A stretch of 60,936 nucleotides of DNA, from assembly GCA_014905635.1 (NCBI GenBank), contig JABVCE010000038.1:186001-246936 (forward strand), given 5' to 3'. Under the pieces are notes generated by a model. That model made no database searches. It was not told the DNA's origin and saw only the letters and a list, made by a program, of their open reading frames with translations. Below are positions 23,101 to 33,478 of this stretch, one piece after another (position 1 is the stretch's first letter; each line of letters opens with the position of its first letter). A program made the translations under genes and the position numbers. This stretch comes from Scenedesmus sp. PABB004 (Eukaryota).

Positions 23101-24716
23101 GGGCAGCTGGGCGGACGCGTACGCGGCCGCGCTCGCGCCGCACGTCGCCGCGCGCGAGCCGCACGAGCTGGTGTCGCTGCTCGGCGCGCTGCCCGCGCTC
23201 GGCGGCGCGGCGGCGCAGCCCGGCCTCGCGGCGGCGCTGCTGGGCGGCCTGCGGCCGGCGCTGCCGGCGCTGTCCGCGAAGCAGCTGTCCGAGGTGCTCG
23301 TCGCCGCGCACGCGTGCGGCGCGCCGCCGGGCGAGGCGTGGCTCGCCGCCGCGGTCGATGCGGTCGCTGCGCGCCTGCCCGACTTCCGCGGCCGCCAGCT
23401 CATCGCGACGCTCGCGGCGCTCGCGCGCCTGCGCGCGGCGCCCGACCCCGCGGTGCTCGCCGCCGCCGCGGACGCGGCGGCGGACCGCCTCGGCGCGGGC
23501 GTGTCGGCGCTGCTGCTCGTGGAGCTGCTGTGGGCGCTGACCGCGCTGCGCGTGCAGCCGGGGCCCGCCTGGATGGCACGGTTCGAGGCGCGCCTGCTGG
23601 AGAAGGGCCCCGAGCGCCTCGGCCCGGCGCAGCTCAGCCGCCTGGGGTGGTGCCTCGCCGCGCTGCAGCGCAAGCCCGGGCCGCTGCTGATGGCGCGCTA
23701 CCTCGACGCGGCGCGCGACGCTCTGCCAGCCATGGACGCGCGCAGGTGCGAGGGGCCGGCGGGGCAGCCGGCGAGGCAGCCGGCGTGCTGCGCTGCGCGC
23801 CAGCCTGCTCGCGCCCGCCGCCGCCCGACGCCGCCCGCCTGCGCCGCGCCGCAGCCTCGCCGACACGCTGTGGGCGTGCGCGATGCTGGACGAGCGCCCC
23901 GGACGGCAGTGGCTGGACGCGTTTGTCGGCGAGAGCCGCCGCCAGCTGCCGGCGTTCCCCGGCCCGGCGCTCGTGACGGTGCTGTGGTCGTTTGCGCTGC
24001 TGCGGCACCGCCCGCCGAGCGACTGGCTGCACCGCTGCACGGCCGCGCTGACCGCGTGCCTCGAGGCCAGCGGCGCGGCGGCGGCCGCGGCGGCGTCGCG
24101 CGGCGCGCCCGGCGCCGCGCTGCCGCCGCTGCGGCGTCCGCAGCTGCCCGGCGCGGCCGCGGCCGCGGCGTGGCCCGCCGCCGGCGCTGCGCCGGCGGCC
24201 GGCGGCGCCGCGCCGGCGCCGCTCGGCGCGCAGCAGGTGTCGCGCCTCGCGTGGGCGCTCGCGGTGCTCGAGGTCCGCGCGCCGGGGCAGCTCATGCTGG
24301 CGCTCGTGCAGCGTGCCGAGGCGCAGCTCGGCGCGCTGGACGCCGACGCGCTCGCGCAGCTCGCGTGGGCGCTCGGCCGGCTGGACGAGACCCCGGACAA
24401 GGCCTGGGCGCGCCGCTTCGCCACGAGCGCGCGCGCGCACCTGCTGGCGAGCGGCGCCGGCGCCGGCGCGCGCAGGGCGCTCGCGCTCGTGCCGGTGCCT
24501 GCGGCGGCGCCGGCGCCGGCGCCGGCGCCGGCCAGCCTCGCGGCGGCCGCCGCCGCCGCGGGCGTGACGGCGCAGCGCGACATCGCGCAGGCGCTGAGCC
24601 GCGCGGGCGCGGGCCGGCCGCCGCCCACCAAGGCGGCGCTGCTCGCGCGGCTGCGGCAGCTCCGCCCTGCGGGCGCCGCGCCGCGCGCGGCGGCGGACGT
24701 CGTGTCCTCGCGGTGA
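19373..24716 (+). CDS. Octotricopeptide repeat (OPR, Tbc2-like) organellar RNA-binding protein; one clear intron at about 23746-23853
   Basis: LDHIHVSAALVQLARL followed by many ~38-aa repeats: ARQVSNVLWAAAALGLRPP, PQGFANTIWAVAML, PQELSSTLWALGSLGVAPPPAW, AQALSNQLWA. Confidence 0.88.
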
Positions 24717-24945
24717 CGCAGCACGGAGGGGGCGGCGCACTCACTCACGCAGCGTGCGGCTTGGGTTTTTGGGGTGGTGGGCAGGCCTAGTGGCGCGGGC
24801 GGGGGCAGTCGCAGCGGGCGCATGTGTGCTGTTTGGCTGCCGCCGCTGCCTGCTGCGCGGGCCGCGCCGTGCTCCCGGGGCGCGTGGCGCGCGTCGTCGG
24901 TGGGCGTTTCCTTTTCATTTTTGGCCGCGTCGAGCGGGCGGCCGC

Positions 24946-24950
24946 TGTAA
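24946..24950 (+). terminator. Chlorophyte-type polyadenylation signal TGTAA for the OPR gene
   Basis: TGTAA lies 230 nt after the stop codon, following a T-rich patch; UGUAA is the known chlorophyte poly(A) signal. Confidence 0.5.
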
Positions 24951-25202
24951 CAACGCCTGAGGCGTCGCGCTTCCGCGGCGGAACACACACACTCGACTCG
25001 CCGCCTGCGCCCTGAGCCCCGCGTTTGAACGCACGCGGCAACGTGCGGCGGCGAACGCCACTGCGCCCGTCCAATCGCTGCCGGCAACGCCACGCGCACC
25101 GCAGCAACGCGCCACACACACGCGCATCGGCGGCCGCGGCAGCAGCACCGGCAGCGCCGCCACCGCTCCACGCCCAGGCCCGCCGCCCCAGGCCCGCGCT
25201 GC

Positions 25203-27011
25203 ATGCGTGGCGCCTGCGCGCTCGCAGCCTCTCTGTCTCCCAGCCCGCGCACGGCGCACCAGGGCCGCGCTCTGCGCGGGGCGGCAGCAGCAGCAGCAGC
25301 GGGCGCGATGAAGCGCGGCCCGCTCGACCGGTACTTCAGCCGGCAGGCCGACCCCAAGAAGCCCAAGCCAGCCGCCGCCGCTGCGGCGCAGGTGCGGCGC
25401 GCCGGCTGTGCGCCAACGCGGCGGCGGGCGCCGCGCTGCGACCGCGCGCCGCCGCTGCCGACCGCCGGCAGCGGGCCGACAGCCGCTGCTGCCCCGCGCG
25501 GCGGCGCCGCCAGGATGGTAAGGCGCCCTGGGACGACCTCATGCGCGCCGCGCAGTCGGACCAGGCGCCCGCCGCCGCGCCGGCGCCGAGCGACGCGGCG
25601 GCGCCGGGCGCCGACGCGAGCAGCCGGCCCGCGAGCGCGGGGCCGGGCGCGAGCAGCAGCGCCGCCGCGCCGGCCGGCGGCGGCGGCGGCGGCGCGCTGG
25701 GCGCGCTCATGTCGGCGGCGCGCGGCCGGGCCAAGGCGGGCAGCGGCGGCGCCGGGCGGCAGCTGAGCATCGAAGAGATGCGGCAGCTGGCGGAGCGGTG
25801 CGCGGCGCCTGCCGGCGGGCCACCGCGTGGCCGCCGCCGCCGCGCCGGCCCGCGTCAATCACGCCCACCCACCCACACGCCGCCGCCGCCGCGTCTACGC
25901 GCAGCAACGCGGCGGCCGTCGCGGCGGCGGCGCGCGGCGCGCGCGCCGCGGGGTCGCCGCCGGCGCTGCGCGCGCTGCTCGCCGAGCCGAGCTGGGCCGA
26001 GGTGCTGGGCGCCGAGCTGGAGACGCCGGGCGCGGCCAAGCTCCAGGCCTTCTTGCACAGCGAGTGGGCGCGCGCCGTGGTCTACCCGCCCCAGGAGGCA
26101 GTGTTTGCCGCATTCAACGCCGTGCCCTTTGACCAGGCGCGGCGCCGCCGCCCGCGCCGCGCCGCGCGCCCTCCCTCTGACGGGCGGCGGCCGCCTGGCG
26201 CCCGCGCGCCGCGCTGGTACCGTCTGACGCGCGTGGCGCGCGTGACGCGCCGCGCCGGTGCTGCGCGTGGCAGGTGCGCGTGGTCATACTCGGACAGGAC
26301 CCCTACATCAACGCCGGCGAGGCGATGGGCCTCAGCTTCAGCGTGCCGCCCGGCGTGCGCGTGCCGCCGAGCCTGGCCAACATGTACAAGGAGCTCGCCG
26401 CCGACCTCGGCTGCGCCGTGCCCAACCACGGCTGCCTCGAAAAGGCGCGCGGCGCGGCGCGGCGCGGCGGCGCGCGGGGGCTGGTTGACGCACGGCCCAG
26501 CCGCCGCGCGCGCCGCCGCCGTGCGATGACGCCGCCCGCCCGCCCGGCCGCCCGTCGCGGGGCGCGCAGTGGTGCCGCCAGGGCGTGCTGCTGCTCAACG
26601 CCGCGCTGACCGTGCGCGCCAAGGCCTCCAACTCGCACGCGGGGCAGGGCTGGGAGGCCGTGACGAGCGCCGCGCTCCGCGCGCTCGCGGAGCGGCGCAG
26701 CGGCATCGTGTTCCTGCTCTGGGGCAAGTGCGTCGCCGCGCCGTCAACGGGCGCGCGCCTAGGCTGCGCTGCGCGCCGCGCGGTGCCCGGGCCACGCGAC
26801 CCCCGCCCGACCGCCGCCGCCGCGCCGCAGGTTTGCGCAGGACCGGTGCGCCAAGCTCGATATGTCGCGCCACCACGTGCTCAAGAGCGTGCACCCGTCG
26901 CCGCTGTCGGCGCACCGTGGCTTCCTGGGGTGCCGGCACTTTTCGGCGACCAACAGGCTGCTGTCGGCCGCGGGGCTGCCGCCGATCGACTGGGCCATCG
27001 ACCCGCTGTGA
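25203..27011 (+). CDS. UNG: Family-1 uracil-DNA glycosylase, 6 exons; in-frame ATGs at 25203 and 25308
   Basis: [91 protein letters not shown]. Stop TGA at 27009-27011. Confidence 0.96.
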
Positions 27012-27465
27012 GGGTATCGCTCTCGAGCTTTTCGGAGTTGAGGGAGGCTGCAGCGGCACCCGGGAGCGCGCGCGCGGCTGTGGCCGTGCGGGTCGGCGCG
27101 CGGGGCGCAGCGGGCGCTGCGCCGCCGCCGGCGTGACGCGGCGGGCGCGGCAACCGGCCGAGCGGCCCCCGGGCCTCCCACACGGCAGCATCGCAGTCCG
27201 GGGCAGCTCGAGCGCAGGAAGCCTCCCCCGAGTGCGCAGCAGCGACGCCAGCGACAGCAGCGCCGCCGCTGCCAGAGCACCCCCGGTCTGTCCTGGGCCC
27301 GGGAGGCGCCGTTCGTTGCGAGCCTGAGTCCCTGGGCGAGCACGAGCAGAAGCGGAGAGCGTGGCGGGCTCCGCCGCCGCTGCCCGCTGCTGCCACCGCT
27401 GCTGCCACTGCTGCTGCCACCGCTGCTGCCACCGCGGCAGCAGCGCTGCCGCCGCGAGGGGCGCC

Positions 27466-29363
27466 ATGCAGCCCGCGCCCCGGGCGCTGCGCGAGCAGCT
27501 GAAGCGCGCCCACCGCGCCCGCGTGGCGGGGCTGGCGTTTGTGGACGACGACGACGAGCGCGCGGCGGCGGTCGAGGCGGGCTTCGCCGGGCTGCGCTGG
27601 CTCTGGGCGGCCGAGGGCGCGGCGACGACGGCGCCGGTGCTCGCCGGCGGCGTGCACGCGTCCAGCACCGACGACGCGACCCAGGCGATCGGAAACACGC
27701 TGCGCAACGACCAGAGCTTCTGGAGCAGCACCGGCTCGCCCACGCCGGTGCGCGCGCCCCGCGCCGGCCGCCGGCCGCACACGCACGAGCCGCGCGCGCG
27801 AACCCCGCCGCTGCACACGCACGCGCCGCGTCGCGCGCGCCCCACCGCCGCACGCGCACGCGCACGCGCCGCGCAGGACGACGACGAGGCGCTCACGTAC
27901 GAGCTCGCCGGCCCGGCGTGCCGCGTCGCGTTTGTGCGCCTTGGCGTCTACCGCGCCAGCTACCAGCTCGGGTGAGACTCCCCGCGCCGCGCCGCGCCGC
28001 GCCGCGCTGCACACCGCCCTCGGCCGCCGCCCGCCTGCTGCGCTCCGCCGGCCCGCCCCATCCCGCCCCGCCCCGCCCTGTCCCGGGCCCTGAACCCTCA
28101 CCGCCCCTGGCCCGGTTTAAACCCTCCTCCCTGCCCCGCTCGAAGGTATCCGGTGTACCCGCCCACGAAGGTGCAGGCCTTTGTCGGCCCCTCGCCCGAG
28201 GCGCTCGCGCCCGCGTCGCCGGCGATGGAGGTGCTCCCGACCGACGCGCTGCAGACCTTCCCGCTCTCCACCGAAGCGCCAGTCGGGCGGTGCGGCGGCG
28301 GCGCGCGGCGGCGCGGCGGCATGCGCGGCGGCGCGCGCGGCCGCCCGCCGCGCCCCGCGCGGGGCCGGGCCCCGCGGCGCGGCCGCGGCCGACCGCCGCC
28401 GCCGCGCCGCCGCCGGCAGGTTCCTGCAGCTGCGACTGATCGGCAAGCCGCAGGCTCAGCGCGAGGACGGACGCTTTTACGTCGCGATTCGATACGTGGC
28501 TGCGCTCGGCGCGCAGCTGCCCGCCGCCGCGCTGGCGCCGGCGCTGCCGGCCGCGCTGCGCGCCGGCGCGCTCGCGCTCGCGCCCGGCGGCCGCGGCCTG
28601 GGCGCCGCGCCGGCTGGCGCGGCGCTGCTCGCGGCGGCGCGGGGCGGGGGGCCGGGGCCGTGCGAGCCGGCGCGCGGCGCGGCGGGCGTGCAGCAGGCAC
28701 CGGGTGACGCGGGCGAGGCCGCGGTTGTGCTGCGGCAGCGCTCGGAGCAGCAGCAGCAGGGCAGCGCCGACGGCGGCGAGCAGGGCTCCGGCGGCGGCAG
28801 CGGTGGCGTTTGGGCGACCATCGCTGGCGGCCTGGCGCGCGCGCGCTGCGGCGGCACGCTCGCGCCCACGCCCGCGCCCGCGGCCACGGGGCAGCAGCCC
28901 GGCGGCGCCGCCGGCGGCGCCTGCCCGCGCTGGCTGCTGCCGGCCGGCGGCGCTGCGGGCGGCCGGCGCGCGCGGCCGCCGCGGCGCCGGGCGCCGGCGC
29001 CGCGCCGCGCCGGCTGGACGCGGCGTCTGCGGCCGAGGCCGCCCGCATCGAGCTGTTCTTCGTGGAGGCCCTGCGCAGGCGAGCGCGCGCTGACGCGGCG
29101 CGGCGGGGGCGCGCGCGCGCGCGCGCCGCTTCCGCCGCCAACGCCCGTGCCGCCGCCGCCGACGCGCGTTTCGCCGCCGCCTTCTAAAACCCTAAACCCT
29201 AACGGCCGCCAGGCTGGAGGCCCCGGCCGACGTGGAGCGCATGATGGCGGCCTTTCTTGAGGACGAGCCCCTCGACGCGCCGCCGCCGCCGCTGGGGCAG
29301 CAGCAGCTGCTGGTGCAGCAGCAGCTGCACAAGCAGCAGCTGCTGGTGCAGCAGCAGCTGCAC

Positions 29364-29395
<32 letters not shown>

Positions 29396-29753
29396 GCGCC
29401 CGCCGGCGCGCGCGCGCGCCGGCGGCGGCGGCAGCGGGGGCGGCGCCGAGCCGGGCGCGGCGGCGCCGGGCGCGGCGTGCCGCCCCGACCTGGGCGCCGC
29501 GCTGGTGGTGCCGCCGGGGCTGCTGCTTCTCGCGGTGGTGCACGCGCAGGAGACGGAGCCGGGGCAGCCGACGGCGGAGGGCGCCGCGCGGATGGCCGCG
29601 GCGCAGCGGCTGGTCGGCGGCCGCGGCGCGGCGGCCGTCGTGCCAGGGCGCGAGCTGTTCAGCGAGCTGCCGGGCGGCGAGAGCGGCGCCGACGCCTGTG
29701 CGGGCGGCGCCTTTGACGAGGGCCTCGCCGCGGACCTGGCGCTCGCGTGGTGA
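27466..29753 (+). CDS. Protein with an At4g00755-like (F-box-associated, galactose-binding-like) domain; apparent frame break near 28900-28990
   Basis: ASSTDDATQAIGNTL, SFWSSTGS, EALTYEL, YQLG|YPVYPP, LQTFPL, LQLRLIGKPQAQREDGRFYVAI match the motif order I recall for that plant family. Confidence 0.65.
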
Positions 29754-30381
29754 CAGGGCGCTGTGGTTGCGGGGCACGTTGCAGCGGCGGCGCCGAGTTG
29801 CGCGTGCGGGGCCCAGGGCGAGCAGGGCACAGCGCGCCGGCGGCGTGGCGGGCCGGCCGCGGCAGCGTAACGCTGCCACCTGCTGACCGGGCCCCGCCAC
29901 ACCCTGCAAGCATCGCGGCCCGGGGCAGCGCGAGCGCGGCGGCCGCGGGCCGACAGCGCCGGCGCGGGCCGACAGCGGCGCGGCGCGCGCGATGGTCGGC
30001 GAGCAGCGGCAGGCTGTGCGGGCGCGCGGTGGGCTGGAGCCGAGCCAGGCGGTGGCGCAGCTGCGATGGCTGGTGAGGCGCGGAGGGCGAGCAGCCGAAA
30101 CAGCAGCAACAGCAGAGCTTGGCCGCCCTGCCGCGGACGCCACGAAGGCGCAGCGCGGCCGCCAAGCGCCCCGTCGTGTCAGTCTGGCGGTCAGCTCGGC
30201 TCCCTCCCAGCCGCAGCGCTTGCGGTCCACCGCTGCGCAGCGCCGCTGACTGCGGCGTGCGCCACGCCGACGCGCCCGCCGCCCGCCCTGCTGCGCCCCT
30301 TCTCTCGCCCTCGCCGCCCGCCCGCAGTACCATCGCAGCCTTCGTGGAGGCTGGGGCCGGGGGCTGGCCGGCGGCGCGCTG

Positions 30382-30632
30382 ATGCCGCGCGGGTGGGGCG
30401 CGGCGCCGGCGCCGCTGAGCGGCGCGCCGCCCAGCGGCGCAGACGACCCGCCCTGCGACGACGAGGACGACGCCGACGACGCGTCTGACACCCCCGGCAC
30501 GCCGCCGCCAGCGCTGGTGGCCGCCGAGAACGACGGCGCCGAGCTCTGGGGCAGCGCGCAGCAGCAGCGCGGCTGGCGGCCGCCCGTGCGTGTCGTCGAC
30601 GGCGGCGGCGCCAGCGATTTCGAGCCGCTGCT

Positions 30633-30701
<69 letters not shown>

Positions 30702-32038
30702 GCGGCTGTGGGGCGCGCGCGTCCCCGCGTCGTGGGAGGAGGAGGACGACGGCGCCGGCGGCAGCAGCGAGGGCGAGGGCGAGGACGGCGAGCGCGCGGC
30801 GGCGCTGGCCATCCGCCAGGCGTGGCGGCGCGCGGCGAGCCGCGCGGCGGCGGCGGCGGACGTCTCGCCCGAGGAGCGCCACGCGCTGCGCCTCGCGCGG
30901 CGCGAGCAGCAGCAGCAGCAGCAGCGCGACGCCAAGCCGCCCGAGCCGCCGCTGAACCGGGAGCTCTGCCGCCGCCCGGCGCCGTGCAGCTTCCTGCGCC
31001 CCGGCGTGGCGTTCGAGGGCTGCCAGCGCCTGCAGGCGCCGCTCGGCAGCCGCCGGCGCGACGAGCAGTGGGCCGTGCGCGTGGTGCTGCAGCGCGTCGA
31101 CCTCGCGGCCGGCACGGTGGCGGGGTCAATGACCGCCAGTGAGGTGCGCAGCACGCGGGGGCGCCCGCGCCGCGCCCGCCGCGCCGCGCGCGAGCCTTCG
31201 GCCCGACCCGTTGACCCCTTCGGCCCGACCCGTCGACCCGACCGCGAACCCTGTACCCAGGTGCCGGGCGTGGAGGGCGCCATCGAGACCTTCTTCGAGG
31301 GCATCGTCGTGGATGACGTCAACCACGGTGACCGCCGCGCCCGCCGCCGGCGCAGGGGGCCGCCGCCGCGCACGGGGCGGCGCAGCTGGCGCAGCGGCGC
31401 TGCCGCGGGCGCGCCGCAGCGCCGCCCGCCGCCGGCCGCGCGCGACGCGACGCCGACCGCGCGCGCGGCACTGCGCGCCGCCGCAGGCTTCACGTCCACC
31501 CCCGCCGCGGGCTGGGGCGGCGGGCGCGACACCGACCTGCAGCACTGGGGCCGCTTCGAGGGCTGGGGCGCCGAGATGCGGTGCGCGCCGCGGCGGCGCG
31601 GCCGCCCCAGCATGATCGCCTCCCTCGCTCCCTCTCTCGGCCCCACACGCGCGCCGTGCGCCACACCCGCGCCCGCGCCCCCGCAGCTCGCGCGCGCTCG
31701 CGCACGGCGGGCGCTGCGGGCTGCTCGAGTCGGCGCCGGTGGTGTTCATGCGCTGGAAGGAGGCCTTCTTCGTGCGACGCAGCGCGGCCGACTGCGGCCT
31801 GTCAATAAGCGGCTCCTACTACGTAGTGAGCGGCGGCGCCGCATGCGCGGGGGGGGGGGGGGTATCGCACGTGGCCCGGCCGCGCCACCGATGCGTGCTG
31901 GCGTGGCGACCGCGCCGACGCGCGCGGCGCCCCGCGCCGACGCAGGGCCTGCACCGCGCGACCGGCGCGCTGACCGGGTACTACCACGACCCCCACAGCT
32001 CGCCCTTCCAGGAGCTGACCCTGCGCGCGTGCAGCAGC

Positions 32039-32071
<33 letters not shown>

Positions 32072-32101
32072 GTGGCGTTCTCGGACTGCAGCTTCGCATG
32101 A
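30382..32101 (+). CDS. GID4: GID complex substrate receptor 4 (Vid24/GID4 family)
   Basis: CSFLRPGVAFEGCQ, WAVRVVLQRVD, IETFFEG, DLQHWGRF, VFMRWKE, SISGSYYV, LTGYYHDPHSSPFQELTL, C-terminal SFA. Confidence 0.92.
30633..30699 (+). repeat. (GGC)n microsatellite encoding poly-Gly in the GID4 N-terminal extension
   Basis: About 22 uninterrupted GGC units. Confidence 0.95.
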
Positions 32102-32203
32102 CCGTCCTTGCATGACCCTGCCAGCGAATGCTTCTTTTCTGGGCTGCGACCTGACCTGGGCTGGGAAAGCGGGCGCTGAGACGCGCCACGCGGGCTGGGG
32201 CCA

Positions 32204-32258
32204 CCGCAACGCTCCCGCTGCGCACGGCCGCAACGCTCCCGCTGCGCACGGCCGCAAC
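32204..32258. repeat. 24-bp tandem repeat (about 2.3 copies) between GID4 and CABIN1
   Basis: ccgcaacgctcccgctgcgcacgg twice, followed by ccgcaac. Confidence 0.85.
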
Positions 32259-32451
32259 CGCCGAGCGGCGGCGCAAGGGCACAGCGCCTGTGCCCCGCGC
32301 TCGCGGCTGGGATCAGTCCCCGTCTCCCCGGCGCCGCACGAAACAGGCTCGCACTAGGGCAGAGGCGGGGCCCGCACGGCGCGCGCGGCGGCTCGTGCAG
32401 GCCGCCGCAGGCGCCGCATCCATCGCGCACGCTTGAACGCTCCAGCGCTGG

Positions 32452-33447
32452 ATGGCCACACGGCGGCGGGGCTTTGCGGCCCTGAACGAGAAGCCCGCTC
32501 AGGCGCAGGTCGGGCGGCCAGGCGGCAGCGGGGCGCGCCGCCGGCGCGCTGCGCTGGAGCGCAGCAGCGGGCGCACGCGCCGCTTCGCCAACCGCCGCTG
32601 GCCGTTGGGGCGCGCGCAGGGGCATGGACCGGTGGCCGCCGAGAAGATCGAAGCGCTGGAGGCCCGCGTGGTGCGGCGGGGGGGGGGCGCCCGCCGCGGC
32701 GCCGGCGCTGTGCGCCGTGCCCGCCGACGCGCTGCCCGACGGCGGCCGCCCGCGCTCCCGCAGTTGAAGCAGTATGAAGCCGCCGTCCAGCTCATCACCG
32801 CCGGCCGCGGCGACGCGGCGCGCGGCATCCTGCAGCAGCTGCTCGCGGAGCCGCTGCTCGCGGACCAGCAGCCCGGCGCCGCGCAGGCGGCAGCAGCGGC
32901 GGCGCCGGGTGCGCGCTGCGCGGGCGGGCGCGCGCGCGGGCGCGCCGCGGCGGCAGCCGCCGCCCGCGGCGCGGCGCCCACCGCCACGCGGCGCCCGCGC
33001 AGGTGGCGCGCCGCCGCGCGGCGAGTCTAAGGCCCTGGCGGGCATGCGCTACAAGGTGCTGTACAACCTGGCGCCGCTGCTCGGCGCAAGCGCGGCGGGC
33101 CTGGAGGCGTGGTGCGCCGCGCTCGCGCACGCGCCGGGCAACGCGCACGCGTGGAGCGAGGCGAGCGTGGCGCTCGCGCACCTGGGGCACCTGCCGCTCG
33201 CGGCGTACGCCGCCGACCGCGCGCTCGTGCTCAGCCCGGACAGCCTGCTGCTCGCGGAGCGCCTCGTCGTGCTGCTCGCGGCGCAGTGGGACTGGGAGGG
33301 CGCGGGCCAGGCGCTGCTGCGCCTCGCGCGCGTCGCGGGCGGCTTCCACCCCTGGTGCGGCGCCGGCACGGGCGTGGTGCCGCGCGCGCGCGCCGCCACC
33401 CGCATGGGTGCCGCCGCGCGCTGCCTCACGCACTGCCTCACGCCTGC

Positions 33448-33478
<31 letters not shown>

